This document shows, piece after piece, positions 40,752 to 55,347 of a stretch of DNA of 64,000 bases (position 1 is its first letter; each line of letters starts with the position of its first letter). A program made the translations under genes and the position numbers. The stretch is taken from contig NW_018408883.1 in assembly GCF_002113885.1 (NCBI RefSeq), positions 235,933 to 299,932 on the forward strand, written 5' to 3'. The notes under the pieces are model-generated. The model saw only the letters and a program-made list of their open reading frames with translations. It made no database searches and had not been told where the DNA came from. This DNA comes from Mizuhopecten yessoensis (taxonomy: Eukaryota).

Positions 40752-42035
40752 GGTTTGTGTCTATGTACGTCAAGCAGGTCTAGTTTAGTTTTGTGCCTAT
40801 GTACGTCAGACAGGTTTAGTTTTGTTTTGTTTGTCCTGTGCCTATGTACGTCAGGCAGGTTTAGTTTTGTTTGTCCTGTGCCTGTGTACGTCAGGCAGGT
40901 TTAGTTTAGTTTTGTTTGTCCTGTGCCTATGTAAGTCAGGCAGGTTTAGTTTAGTTTTGTGCATATGTACGTCAGGCAGGTTTAGTTAAGTTTGTTTGTC
41001 CTGTGCCTATGTACGTCAGGCAGGTTTAGTTAAGTTATGTGCCTATGTACGTCAGGCAGGTCTAGTTTAGTTTAGATTTGTGCCTAGGTACGTCAGGCAG
41101 GTTTAGTTTAGTTTTGTGCCTATGTACGTCAGGCAGGTTTAGTTTTGTTTTGTGCTTATGTACGTCAGGCAGGTTTAGTTTAGTTTTGTGCCTATGTACG
41201 TCAGGCAGGTTTAGTTTAGTTTTGTTTGTCCTGTGCCTATGTACGTCAGGCAGGTTTAGTTTTGTTTTGTGCCTATGTACGTCAGACAGGTCTAGTTTAG
41301 TTTTGTGCTTATGTACGTCAGGCAGGTTTAGTTTAGTTTAGTTTTGTGCCTATGTACATCAGGCAGGTTTAGTTTAGTTTTGTGTCTATGTACGTCATGC
41401 AGGTTTAGTTTTGTTTTGTGCCTATGTACGTCAGGCAGGTTTAGTTTAGTTTAGTTTTGCGCCTATGTACATCAGGCAGGTTTAGTTTAGTTTTGTGTCC
41501 ATGTACGTCATGCAGGTTTAGTTTTGTTTTGTGCCTATGCACGTCAGACAGGTCTAGTTTAGTTTTGTGCTTATGTTCGTCAGGCAGGTTTAGTTTAGTT
41601 TAGTTTTGTGCCTATGTACGTCAGGCAGGGTTAGTTTAGTTTTGTGCCTATGTACGTCAGGCAGGTTTAGTTTAGTTTAGTTTTGTGCCTATGTACATCA
41701 GGCAGGTTAAGTTTAGTTTTGTGTCTATGTACGTCATGCAGGTTTAGTTTTGTTTTGTACCTATGTACGTCAGGCAGGTCTAGTTTAGTTTTGTTTGTCC
41801 TGTGCCTGTGAACGTTAGGCAGGTTTAGTTTAGTTTTGTGCCTATGTACATCAGGCAGATTTAGTTTAGTTTTGTGCCTATTTACGTCAGGCAGGTTTAG
41901 TTTAGTTAAGTTTTGTACCTATGTACGTCAGGCAGGTTTAGTTTAGTTTTGTTTGTCCTGTGCCTGTGTACGTCAGGCAGGTTTAGTAAAAATGTGTGCC
42001 TATGTACGTCAGGCAGGTCTAATTAAGTTTTGTTT
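40752..42035. repeat. Minisatellite, ~36-46 bp units with variable numbers of GTTTW pentamers, ~30 copies
   Basis: Constant TGTGCCTATGTACGTCAGGCAG followed by (GTTTA/GTTTT)n. Confidence 0.95.
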
Positions 42036-43840
42036 GTCCTGCATGTTGTACCTATTTTACTATTTACTGTTAGGTTCCCGCGTTCTGTGTCTCGTGTTGT
42101 TAGTATGGGGAAAATACGATTGTCACGTGACAGTGTGTACCTGATGTTTGTGACCACGCTACCCGTTGACCGTTACATTTATCACTGACTGGTGAGGATG
42201 TATATAGTTAACCTACACTGTACATCTACAGGCTGACCGCCCCGATGACCAGAGGAATTATAAAGTGCTTTGAAATGACAGAAAGTCTTCGTATTTTATT
42301 GCCTTATACAAGAGTAATTGACCACTGTCCAAGAGATAGGGATCACTTTGGAGGCAAATTAACGAAGAAAACCAGTTCAAGTTGTCTGTATTTAATGGGC
42401 AGGAAAGAACACCTTGTCACCCAACTACATATATATTTTAAGTTTTATTAGTATTATATATACTTTATCAGTACTTGTATTACTACATATACTTCATGTG
42501 TACGTTGTATGTACTTTATATAAAAAAAACACACATTGATATGCATTGTAATAAAAACCTGCTGACACGTAACTGATTGTAATGCTGTAAATCTAATGAC
42601 ACGTATATCATTGTAATATTTGTCGAGTCAAAATCTTAATTCATGTCTACCCCTTCCGGTGCCCCCGAAGAAATTTGTAGAGCGCGTGGACGACCAATTA
42701 CGACCCGACGTATCCTATTGTCAAACCTGGACAATAAGGTATATCAGTTGGAACAAACGGTTATTATATTCCTTTGTATAGAGCTGTAGTATAGGTATGG
42801 TAGCAGAGCTCTCCGGTCATTTAAAGCCTGCATTGGTTAACCTGATATGCAACACGTATTGTTTAAGCTATACTGATGAAAATGTAGGCAAAACATTTAT
42901 TTTGAGAAATATAATTTTGATATTATCAGGATTAAGAAAACGTTAAAAACAATATTCTATTTGTCAGTTTCTAATCATTCCGATTACGAATTCAATGTAG
43001 TATGCACCTGTGTAAGTCAAAAGTTCATTTTCTTTTTCTTTTGAGAAAAGGTCTAGATGACTGCAAGTATACCATTTGTTATGGTCGTTCAAGATCATTT
43101 TTAGTTTTAAGATGATTTTTGTAAGATTTTATAGTTCTCTACAGAGCTATATAATGCCTGAGTTGAACGACTGTCATTTAGTTTGAAGTGCAATATTCTA
43201 ACTTATCAAACCGTACCCTAAACAATGGTAGATAATTGAATGTGTCACAAACTAACGATACACACAGTATGGCAAAGGTCACCGCTGTTGTTTTATACAC
43301 TGGATCAGATATCTACATGGTGTGCTGGTTTATAGTACATCGTCATATAATCATGAATGGTTCCACACACATCATGCAGACCGTTGTAGGTCAGTTAGGA
43401 CCTGTACTTGGCACATACATTTATAATGATATCAAAGATCATAATTTTTCAATTAACAAAGTATGATATTTATACAGAGATAGATATGTACCTGGGGTTG
43501 ATCTAACATGTACCTGTAGGATATTCAAAGCTGTGAAATCGTTCAATGTTTAAAGTTATCAGTTTAAAAGCATTGAACTTAGAGACACTGTTTTATTCAA
43601 CGAATATCTTGTTGATTGAATATGTTAACTGCAATCCGTCAGGACATTGAGGACTGTTTTCTTCGTGTAATGTGAAGCTATGCTTTGTTGCCTAACTATT
43701 GGACGTGTGTTGATTATACCACATTACTGAGCTGTCCATCTGTTATGAATTAGTCCAGTTCCTCTCGGAATTATATTTCTACCGTGTCGGATATTATTAC
43801 AAGGACAACGAATATTGACCAGCATCACGAACCTGCAGCC

Positions 43841-43915
43841 ATGATGGAAACACTTTCTTTTCGACCACGGTCGCTCAAGGCCTATAATCTGAAGGCGTAC
43901 CAGCTATCATTAACG
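43841..43915 (+). CDS. Uncharacterised coiled-coil protein, probable first coding exon (MMETLSFRPRSLKAYNLKAYQLSLT)
   Basis: GCAGCC-ATG context; donor ACG|GTAAAA; 75 nt, phase 0, compatible with the next exon. Confidence 0.6.
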
Positions 43916-46609
43916 GTAAAACGCTGTACGTGTGTCATGATTAGACTGAGGGTTGGTATGGGTGCTTCATTCTTTTGTTATTCAACTGATCTTTTACGTG
44001 ACAAGGTGGGTGACTCTGCTGGTGATATATCCGTTCCCGTGCTGAGTTTGGCTGTAGCCGTGCTGCTTGAATTTTTTCTGGCAGTGTCTATGGGTATAAC
44101 TATCTGTTGTAGTTACAATTTGTAAATTTTGTAACGTTATGAAGCGTTTTATAGGTATATTTCTATTTTCATTATATTTTATATGTTTCTGAACACTTTA
44201 GATATAGATGTTCATTCTGTTAACCTTAAGTACCACTGATGAACCCTCAATAGAAGAAATGACCTTATCGTGTGAAAGGTTCGTTTTGTTCACACCGTCT
44301 GTTTATACACAATTTAGTCCCCTTTGCCCAAGGATGCCCAGGGCAAAATCTAGTTTCAATCCCTCTAAGGGTACATAAGAACAAGGTCAACTCAACTGGA
44401 TCTTTATGTCTATTTAAGGTAAAGCTTCTGGAATAAAGTAGCCCTGTGTTACAAACCTGGTAATGGAAACTTTACCCAAATTTTGTATTCAGTAAACAAA
44501 ACTTTAACCAAAAACTTAGCATTGTGTCGAAATATGTCTGTAGAGATCTACAGGAAAGAAACACACAACAGAAAGGTTTATCTCGAGGATTTTTCACACT
44601 TGGATTTTTTGTTAATCAGGCTTTGAATAAATGGTCCATGACTTCATTTCTGGATTTTTAATTGGGAATTATTGGTCTTTCCTTTTCTTAACTTTTAGAT
44701 GCTTGCTTGAGGTGTTTTTGTTGTCTTTCGTATTGCACTGCATATACGAAAATATATGTAAAGTCAAAATTGACACAGCTCAAATAGTGGATGTTATTAT
44801 TTAAATTGTTTTTGTCTTGGAATAAGACTTTATTGTATTTGATGTATTTTAATATATCTTCACTGTCGTTAGTGTAAAACTAAAATCAATCCATACACCT
44901 TATGAATATAGGATAAATATCTATTTTCCAAAACGTACAACAGTGTAATTTATTTCTAATATAAGTCAATAGTGGAAATAGGTTGGTCATATTGACATCA
45001 GGCATAACTGTAGAGAACACAGGTAAAACAAACCTAATCACCACTTCAGGGGGTCTAGCACTACGGGATTACCTGTACTCTAAACGTATTACACTACCAG
45101 CTTTAACGTACTGAATACCTAGTGCACTGACAAGGCTGTAACCTCTATTCACAATTGGGGAGTGGGCTTGGGGAGGGGGGTCGCGGTGACAATTCGCCTT
45201 TTATTAAAATAAAGCAGCGCTTGTTAGCTTTGCCGACGAAACAAAGCGCCGTTATGAATGTAAAACGGCGTGTTTTCTCTCTCTGCCTTGGTGAAAATTG
45301 GAAAAGCTAAATTATCCCTAATCAGGAACCCATATACATTTGAAAGGGGTTTTTTTCCGTTTATATAATAGACCTTTCTCCTACACTTTAGTCGGTCCCA
45401 ACACAATGTTACTTTTGTGATTTCACGGAGTAAAGAAATATCATTCTTCAACGCCATGCCATAGTATTTAATTTGTAATATAGTAGAAATTGAATTCATG
45501 ATCAGTTATGAATCATTGTGTTACTTTATACCACTTACCAGTTACGTTATACTTCTGTATCAGTTACCATAGATTATCAGTTCGGTAATGCTCGTGAAAA
45601 AGTTAAGAACTGTCAGTGCAGCAAAGCTTTTTTTGAGTCAGTGAAGTAACACTATTGCTTGAAGACTTCATCAGTCTTTCGTGGGTCAAACATCATTGTT
45701 ACTATAAGTCGAGTACGAATCGAACTTATTTTATTATCAATACGTGGTTATGGTCATAACATCTGTTCGACGGTCGTAGTAAATATGATGCTGCAACTTG
45801 AAGTTTGATGTTGTTGTCTGAATGTTTAAACTGTAAATTCTAGTACACTCACCATACGAAGCAAATATAGAAATGGTATTGGACCAAAATAGTGTTACAC
45901 ATAGAAGATTTCAGCAATAATAATAAAGCTGACTTGACAACCATACCAATAGATACACCAAACAAGAACAGTTTACGGGGAAAAAAATGGTTGTGTTCTT
46001 GGGTGTGGAATACCGCGATTGTATGTCTAAATAATAAATGTATATTTGGTTACAAATGAAGAGGCTGTTTTCAGGGAATCTAGTTTGTTGGCCATTGAAA
46101 TAAAACAAGTTTTAAAAAATATGTTAATTTACAATAGAGATTTAGAACCAAATCAGAGGGTCAAATCTCATGTAAAAAATACTCCAGAGGGTCTACACCC
46201 AAGGGTCTACACCCAAGGGTTTACACAGGAAACCCTATTGTTCACCAGGTGCACCAAATAAATGTGTTACAACATCGACTAACACGATACTTAAATGGTC
46301 GCATCATTGCATCGTTCAAAAACGTGAGGGTGACAGTTACAGTGATTATGCAAAATTAAATAATAAAGTTTCTGACATGTTTTCTGTATCGTTTTAATCA
46401 AGACTAAAGTCTAACAACAGCCGATCACGTTTCTATTCCATAAGGCGGTTCAGCACTGTTTATTTAAAAGTGCTCCCCATATGGGAACATCTAATTAAAA
46501 ATTAAAAAAAAGTGATCATGTATTTATGTATATATCTGAAAAAAGTATTGTTCCTAAATCTTGCTTGTGACGTAGCATCGAGACTACAATGTGTATCATA
46601 CAAACTGAC

Positions 46610-48975
46610 TGGTGACCGTCACAGTCTACCTTGTACGTGTATCACAGAACATGTATCGTGGGACCTGTCTAGTGATCCGTCACAGTCTCCCTTGTACGTG
46701 TATCACAGAACATGTATCGTGATACCTGTCTAGTGATCCGTCACAGTCTTCCTTGTACGTGTATCACAGAACATGTATCGTGAGACCTGACTAGTGATCC
46801 GTCAGTCTACCTTGTACATGTATCACAGAACATGTATCGTGGGACCTGCCTAGTGATCCGTCAGTCTACCTTGTACGTGTATCACAGAACATGTATCGTG
46901 GGACCTGACTAGTGATCCGTCAGTCTACCTTGTACGTGTATCACAGAACATGTATCGTGGGACCTTTCTAGTGATCCGTCACACTCTACCTTGTACGTGT
47001 TTCACAGAACATGTATCGTGGGACCTGTCAAGTTATCCGTCAGTCTACCTTGTACGTGTTTCACAGAATATGTATCGTGGGACCTATCTAGTGATCCGTC
47101 ACGGTCTACCTTGTACGTGTTTCACAGAACATGGATCGTGGGACCTGTCTAGTGATCCGTCAGTCTACCTTGTAAGTGTTTCACAGAACATGTATCGTGG
47201 GACCTATCTAGTGATCGGGCACACTCTACCTTGTACGTGTTTCACAGAACATGTATCGTGGGTCCTGTGTAGTGATCCGTCACAGTCTACCTTGTACGTG
47301 TTTCAAAGAACATGTATCGTGGGACCTGTCTAGTGAACCGTCACACTCTACCTTGTACGTGTATCAAAGAACATGTATCGTGAGACCTGTCTAGTGATCC
47401 GTCACAGTCTGCCTTGTACGTGTTTCACAGAACATGTATCGTGGGTCCTGTGTAGTGATCCGTCACAGTCTACCTTGTACGTGATTCGCAGAATATGTAT
47501 AGTGAGACCTGTCTAGTGATCCGTCACAGTCTACCTTGTACGTGCATCACAGAACATGTATCGTGGGACCTGTCTAGTGATCCGTCAGTCTACCTTGTAA
47601 GTGTTTCACAGAACATGTATCGTGGGACCTATCTAGTGATCGGGCACACTCTACCTTGTACGTGTTTCACAGAACATGTATCGTGAGACCTCTCTAGTGA
47701 TCCGTCACAGTCTACCTTGTACGTGTTTCAAAGAACATGTATCGTGGGACCTGTCTAGTGATCAGTCAGTCTACCTTGTACGGGTTTCACAGAACATGTA
47801 TCGTGGGACCTGTCTAGTGATCAGTCAGTCTACCTTGTACGGGTTTCACAGAACATGTATCGTGGGACCTGTCTAGTAATCCGTCAGTCTACCTTGTACG
47901 TGTTTCACAGAACATGTATCGGGGGACCTGTCTAGTGATCCGTCACAGTCTAACTTGTACGTGTTTCACAGAACATGTATCGCGGGACCTGTCTAGTGAT
48001 CCGTCACAGTCTAACTTGTACGTGTTTCACAGAACATGTATCGGGGGACCTATCTAGTGATCCGTCACAGTCTACCTTGTACGTGTTTCAAAGAACATGT
48101 ATCGTGGGACCTGTCTAGTGAACCGTCACACTCTACCTTGTACGTGTATCAAAGAACATGTATCGTGAGACCTGTCTAGTGATCCGTCACAGTCTGCCTT
48201 GTACGTGTTTCACAGAACATGTATCGCGGGACCTGTCTAGTGATCCGTCACAGTCTAACTTGTACGTGTTTCACAGAACATGTATCGGGGGACCTGTCTA
48301 GTGATCCGTCACAGTCTAACTTGTACGTGTTTCACAGAACATGTATCGTGAGACCTGTCTAGTGATCCGTCACACTCTACCTTGTACGTGCATCACCGAA
48401 CATGTATCGTGAGACCTCTCTAGTGATCCGTCACAGTCTACCTTGTACGTGTTTCACAGGACATGTCTCGTGGCACCTGTCTAGTGATCCGTCAAAGTCT
48501 ACCTTGTACGTGTATCACAGAACATGTATCTTGGGACCTGTCTAGTGATCCGTCACACTCTACCTTGTACGTGCATCACCGAACATGTATCGTGAGACCT
48601 CTCTAGTGATCCGTCACAGTCTACCTTGTACGTGTTTCACAGAACATGTATCGTGGGACCTATCTAGTGATCGGGCACACTCTACCTTGTACGTGTTTCA
48701 CAGAACATGGATCGTGGGACCTGTCTAGTGATCCGGCAGTCTACCTTGTACGTGTTTCACAGAACATGGATCGTGGGACCTGTCTAGTGATCCGTCAGTC
48801 TACCTTGTAAGTGTTTCACAGAACATGTATCGTGGGACCTATCTAGTGATCGGGCACACTCTACCTTGTACGTGTTTCACAGAACATGTATCGTGGGTCC
48901 TGTCTAGTGATCCGTCACAGTCTACCTTGTACGTGTATCACAGTACATGTATCGTGGGACCTGACTAGTGACCCA
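46610..48975. repeat. 59/61-bp tandem array, ~39 copies (intron 1)
   Basis: Unit CTAGTGATCCGTC(AC)AGTCTACCTTGTACGTGTTTCACAGAACATGTATCGTGGGACCTGT. Confidence 0.95.
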
Positions 48976-51599
48976 CATAGTCTACAGCCTATTCGTTTAA
49001 GATGCATTTCAAGACAAACATTTCCTTTAAGTTTACAAGCGTTTTAAACACTGACATAGCAGATTTATGTATTCTTCAATTTGTTGTTTTGTTGCGTCAA
49101 AATAAACAAATACATTTATTACAATCACTTTTTACCTAAAGGTAGCTTATGTGTGAGATGCATGTCAAAATGTTTGCATATAATCAGCTGATCTTAGCAG
49201 CCGATTATATATTGCTGTCAAACTGTCTCGCACTAATTTGTATTCTATTGTAGCAGTGATGCTGTCAATCAGCTGCTATACCGTCACTACACCATAATAT
49301 CGCTATAATAATCAGACTTGTCTCGTCTCTATAACAAACAAACAATTGATTACACTTGATAACAAATTCCCGTGTGTTTGTTAATACCTCCTTGTAGATC
49401 AGATAGGGACGGTTAATAAAGTGTTATTTTTGAAGGGTTCATGCTCCTTTTTTTGTTAGGATACATCTAAACTATTCGTTTTTCTTGTTTGGTTTGAAAA
49501 TCTTTCAAATAAAACCAGTTCCTTTGGTTTGGTTTGGTTTCGACATGAAGTTTGGACATTTTTCTTGATTATTGTCAATGTGATGTAAATATACTATAAC
49601 TTGCTATTCTATAACAAGCATTAAAAACATTAAAAGTTCCAAAAATAATATACATGTTATTCGATAACAAATATCCCACATATTCATTCGAATGAAAAGA
49701 TACAGATACATTCTTACCTCCAAACCTCAGCTAAAATTAACAAGGAGTTAGGAACAATATGTTAATAGGACTACAATAAAATAACAAACATCTGATATAA
49801 TTTAAATGCTAACGAGTGGTTGAGACAAATAAAATTATGTGTTTTGAAGATTTATTTTGCTTTAAAAACCTATGCTTCTCATTGGCAGCACTTTGAATGA
49901 TTCACTAACCATTGTCTAGGACGACCAACCTGGTGATACCGGAGGCCTGGATTTCTAAATAAAATATGATGTAATTTTATTTTTAACAGACTATTGGGTA
50001 GGATTAGAGTTTTAGTTTATCAGTCCAGAATTTTGTGTGGTACAAGTACGTTGTAGTGTTTGCTTTGATATGATCTATAGAACGGGCGCGTCTTTTCTTT
50101 GATTGGAACAAAAATGAGTAATATTTATTTTAAATAAAAGTTCTTATCGTTGGATAAAATACATTTTAGATTTATCAAGGAATATACCTACATAGATTGC
50201 GCTTCACAGTTGTCGTTTTGTTCTTGTAATTGTTACAAATTACCTTTAAATTTGTACCTGCCAGTATCAGATAAAAAATCTGTTGATATATATTCAGACA
50301 AGACGAGGTCTATTTTCATATCATATTTCCAATAAATTCATTCTTACATTGATCAAAAATAATAAATCCATGATCAAATGACCGATTGGAAAGTCTTGAT
50401 ATGGATCCATGATATTCGATGAGAATTCCTTAAACGTATTACGATATATAATTTGAAACATCAAATATATATTTTTATCACTACTTTGTTTGCTGTATGA
50501 GACAAATTTATCTTCGTGCAAACATTTTTAATCATCTAAACTTTGGTTGAAATATATATATAATATATCATATGTAATAAGATACGTATTTATTTTTGTG
50601 TGACATTCTCTTTTTTTCTGTTCGAATGCGACGACGTTTATTTGGAGCAGGAGTCATATTTGAGTTTAAGTCGATACAGAATAGCGCCCAGAAGTGCACG
50701 TGATGCTGATATTTTGATATAAAAGTTACATTAAGTAGTGTATATTATAATAACATATGTATTAGTCCTGAGACTACCAATAGCTTTCGAGTGTATTTGT
50801 TTTAATGTTAAGACAATATATAACCATTTTTTATCTTCCACATTTGATTTTGCAACACAAGCAAACAATGGGAAGTATGACGTGACAATAAGACAATAAT
50901 TTACATGACGTTATTATTCTACAATAAAGTGAACTCACATTTTATTTAGTAGGTAACATAATGCAAGTCATATGTTAAATAAAGACACAAAAAATCAATC
51001 AGGTTTCTTAACGATTGATTAGTCCATCCTTAGTAGAGAGTCGGGGTTGTCTTCAATCCAGATCCCTTACGGGTAGATTCCCTATCTCAAGCCAAACATA
51101 TTCTTACATTATGATTGAACGGTACCTTTATGCAAAATTACCACATATATTATGTACTTAAGCGTTGCCATCTGATATTGGCTTGCCAATGAACATTCTT
51201 AAAAGGCGTTTACCTATCAGAAAACTGACTGAGTTCTATAATAATGACTGTGTGTCGTCGATGAAACAATATTGATGAAACATAACTCAAAAAATGTACC
51301 TTTTGAGGAATGATTTTTCGAAATCAAACCCGTGAACTGAGGTGAAATGTGAAATGTAAAAAAAAACCACCAATGGCGTCATGAAGTAGATAAAGTGTGG
51401 TTGGGTGAAATAATGTACAATCAACACTCAGACATTGAATCTTTCCTATGTTGACTCTGTGTTAGTTTATTTATGTTTAGTGGGTTCTTTTTGCATTTTT
51501 TTCCGTTTATTTGTGTTCTTTTGCAGTCAGTCAGTCGATGGACAAACTTATGCCTATTAGATCATCAATGATTGAATTAATTGTTTTTCCTTTTTTCAG

Positions 51600-51821
51600 T
51601 CAATCCACGAACAACACGACACATATACAGACAACGATAACGATGACAAATACACAGTGGCCAGTACAGGCTCTACGGCCTTTACCCTGGGGTCTAATTA
51701 CACGACCGGAACAGACAACTTCATCCCTGTGTCACGGCTGAGTAAACATAGTTTTAAACTACGGACCACATCAAGCTTTCCCAGTATACTGAACCTCTAT
51801 CAGCATCCGATACTGGAGGAG
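51600..51821 (+). CDS. Same gene, exon 2 (SIHEQHD...QHPILEE)
   Basis: Acceptor TTTTCCTTTTTTCAG, donor GAG|GTAACT, 222 nt open, phase 0-0. Confidence 0.85.
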
Positions 51822-53971
51822 GTAACTACACACAAAGTACAATGTTTAAAGGGAGACTGAAACCTTCATTAGAATTAAAAAGTTATATAGCTAAATCACA
51901 TATGAAGCTAAGACTATACCATTTTTAAATACGCAGCCCTTCTTTCCTCCGTATCCCTCTTGCACCCTCCCCTTTATTTTCTTTAAGTCTTAATGCATCG
52001 ATACTCTGTACTTATTTTCGAATCCTTGCATTATGAATATCATTTGTATCACCTGTAATATATTTACAATATAATAAAGTTTAAACTGAATATGTTAACG
52101 ATATGCACTGGACTGTTACACGATTTAATGTGATTTAGAAGCAGTTTAACCATTAGCACAACTGTACACTGCTAACGATGTAGTCAATGTACCCGAGTCA
52201 AATAAAATTACCAAAATGATTTGAGCTGACTGTGTTTATCCTGATGTCGGCTACACATAAATATGTTAGTTTTATAACAGTATGCAATGAGTAATAAAAA
52301 AAGCCTTAGTATTTTATATGCATTGTTTTGTTAATAAGGGAGGCGATAAAAACGACCTTATCGTCAAAAGACATGGCGGGCGTCGACGACATATGCAACA
52401 GTCAAAGAGAGGTACAGAAAAAGGAAAGGTGGACTGGGATCAAGTCATAGAATCACGCACAAAACAGGAAGTATGTATATCGTGATTGATGTTCTGAATA
52501 CTACCATGCGCCAAAACCTTAATTGTTGTGTTGTCGATTTGCACTCAGATATATGACATATATTATTAGTTAAACCAGTCGCTTTTGCTCTAAAGAAATA
52601 CTTATGTCTCAGTTATTGTCAAACTGAATTCTTAAACAAATAATACATGTCTTAAAAATAAGTATCAAACTATTGATCAGTAAATTTACGTCAAACTATA
52701 GTCTCACTATTGCCCTGAAAATGGTTATAATTTAAACGAGGGGAAACAAAATCGGTTTGTTTTTTGCGATAATCGTACAAAAAGTCTCAGATATTTCAAT
52801 ATGCCATTAACGATCTTGGAAATAAACGTTAACATATCTATGGAACGAGGCATAACTCAACTTCAGTGTATGTCTGCTTACATTTAACATAAACTACATT
52901 GGTTACAGCTGCTAGGTTATTGTCAATACAGATTATATCATTGTCCACGCCTTAATCAAATTGTATAGAGTGTTGTCCTGCCTTTCTCATTTTATGAAAG
53001 TAACAATTGTATATTGCTTTCTTCTATAAATACTTGTTTATGATAATCATTTTATGATCTTTTTGGGTCGTTATTGTAATGATTTGCTTTATGTTTGACG
53101 TTAAAACAGCTTCCTGGAGAACAATAATGCATTACAAATATATTATAGTATAGTTATTTTGAGTACGAGTTCCTTTCAATATTTTATGTCAACGTATCTG
53201 TGTTGCTATGCTATTATTTTCCTAATCGTTCGAAGGATGTGTGCAGACTTAACCTATAAGTTGATATATGTATGTTTATAGGGGTACAATATAAAAGTAA
53301 GTTGTCCTAACGCTTTTTGTCTTTCCTACTTTAACATGTATTTTATAGATATTGGCTATGATGTGGCTGTGTGAATGTTTACGTCAATATTTCTCTGTTT
53401 TACTCTTCCAGTCCAAGTTAAGGAATGATAAAAAGGGGGTTTAAAAAGGGGACTGGTATAAATTTTGACAAAATTTCTCCAAATTAAATATTCATACCGA
53501 GATACGTCATTGACTAAAAGACTCCAACCTTATAGAGAATGATGACTCTGTCGTACATTAAAAATATAGGAGATTTTGTAATGTTATTAAGCAGAAATTA
53601 TGAAAGGTTTTTGTATAACTCGTTAATGATCATTAGCAGGCATAATCAACCTCACGTATCTGCTAGTCTTGATAAGTTGTATTGGAAAACGGTAGGATGT
53701 TTTTAAATGCTATGATGCTGATTTTGTCCAAAGCATTTGCGATAATTTAGTTAACGATCAAATATTCGCAACTTTAACATACTGATGATGAATAATTCCT
53801 TATCAAACACGTAACATGCATTAAGCTGACATTACAATGCCAGTTTTAAGTACTTATAGTATTAAAGAAGGAAATCACGTGAAATTTATAATCAAAGAAG
53901 TAAGAATATCTTAAAAGGTATTTAATGTTAATGAGCAAGTTAAATATGTTTACCTAGTATATGCGACACTT

Positions 53972-54482
53972 TATAAATTGTTTCCATATGATACAAGGGT
54001 ACACTTAGCGCCCTATAAATTGTTTCCATATGATACAAGGGTACACTTAGCTTCCTATAAATTGTTTCCATATGATACAAGGGTACACGTAGCGCCCTAT
54101 ACATTGTTTCCATATGATACAAGGATACACTTAGCGCCCTATAAATTTTTTCCATATGATACAAGGGCACACTTAGCACCCTATAAATTGATTCCATATG
54201 ATACAAGGGAACACTTAGCGCCCTATACGTTGTTTACATATGATACAAGGATACACTTAGCGCCCTAGAAATTGTTTCCATCTGATACAATGGTACACTT
54301 AGCGCCCTATCCATTGTTTCCATATGATTCGAGGATAAAATTAGCTCCCTATAAATTGTTTCCGTATGATACAAGGATACAGTTAGCGCCCTATGCATTG
54401 TTTCTATATGATACAAGGGTACCCTTAGCGCCCTATAAATTTTTTCCATATGATACAAGGATACACTTAGCGCCTTATAAAT
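53972..54482. repeat. 42-bp tandem array, ~12 copies (intron 2)
   Basis: ATAAATTGTTTCCATATGATACAAGGGTACACTTAGCGCCCT. Confidence 0.95.
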
Positions 54483-54553
54483 TAATAACGATGCGAGGAT
54501 TCCAGTACCACTGTACATGTTATTCTATAAAGAATCAACAACAGGACTCTGAG

Positions 54554-54688
54554 TGTTAAACTGAAATAGGACCGGACCAAGATTCGAACCGTGGACATCC
54601 AGTCGTTATAACCTAACTCTAACTTACTGAGCTTCTCGGTCGAGTAGTCCCCTTGCCAAGTCGCCTTACAGTTCCTTGTATAACATCA
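54554..54688 (-). mobile_element. tRNA-containing repeat with TG...CA ends
   Basis: Minus strand: TGATGTTATAC..AGCTCAGTAAGTTAGAG..GGTTCGAATCTTGGTCCGGTCC..TTTAACA. Confidence 0.5.
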
Positions 54689-55347
54689 AAAGAAGTTAAG
54701 GGGAAGTTACTGTGTGTGCGGGACCGTCAGTAGAACTCGCTAGTGTTTTGTCTGCAGTGGTATGGGGATCCTTAACTTAATGGTGAAGGCTGTTATCTAA
54801 CTATTTATCTCCAACCCTTCAACTATTGTGTTTTATCTCCGTGTATTATTGGGCAAAGGGTATTGTATCGTTCTGGTGGAAGGTCTGGTGACGGATTAGA
54901 TGTACCCACTCGTTACTCTGTGGCTTACTTCAGCTTGTATATATGTTAACTATTTTCTTAAAACGTTAAGTATTATGTAATTTCTGATAACCAACTTTAA
55001 AGGATCATTTGAAACATGAAGCAAGAATTTAAATTTTATCACATATATTTCATTATTAAATTTATTAACGAATCATGTGTTGATAAATAAAATACGGGTT
55101 CAGCACCAAACCTTCCTTTTCTATTCTTTAACTCGTATATATATCTATTGATGAAATCAAAACATGTTTAAAACACTAAAAATGGTGTTTTTGTTTTGTT
55201 TTATTACCACACGACAACATGAAGTACCGACAATATTCTTTATGTAATTTTCATACAATACTATCTTTATGATAATCTTTATATCGCAATAATTATAACA
55301 TAATGTTTGTATAATAATATTTATATAATAATATAAAACTTAGAAAA

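Noticed and set aside
40752-42035. CRISPR-like repeat-spacer appearance
   Set aside because: Spacers are simple GTTTW repeats rather than unique sequence; no cas genes; eukaryotic context.
46512-47876. Short ORFs in the 59/61-bp array
   Set aside because: Unit length is not a multiple of three, so frames shift constantly.
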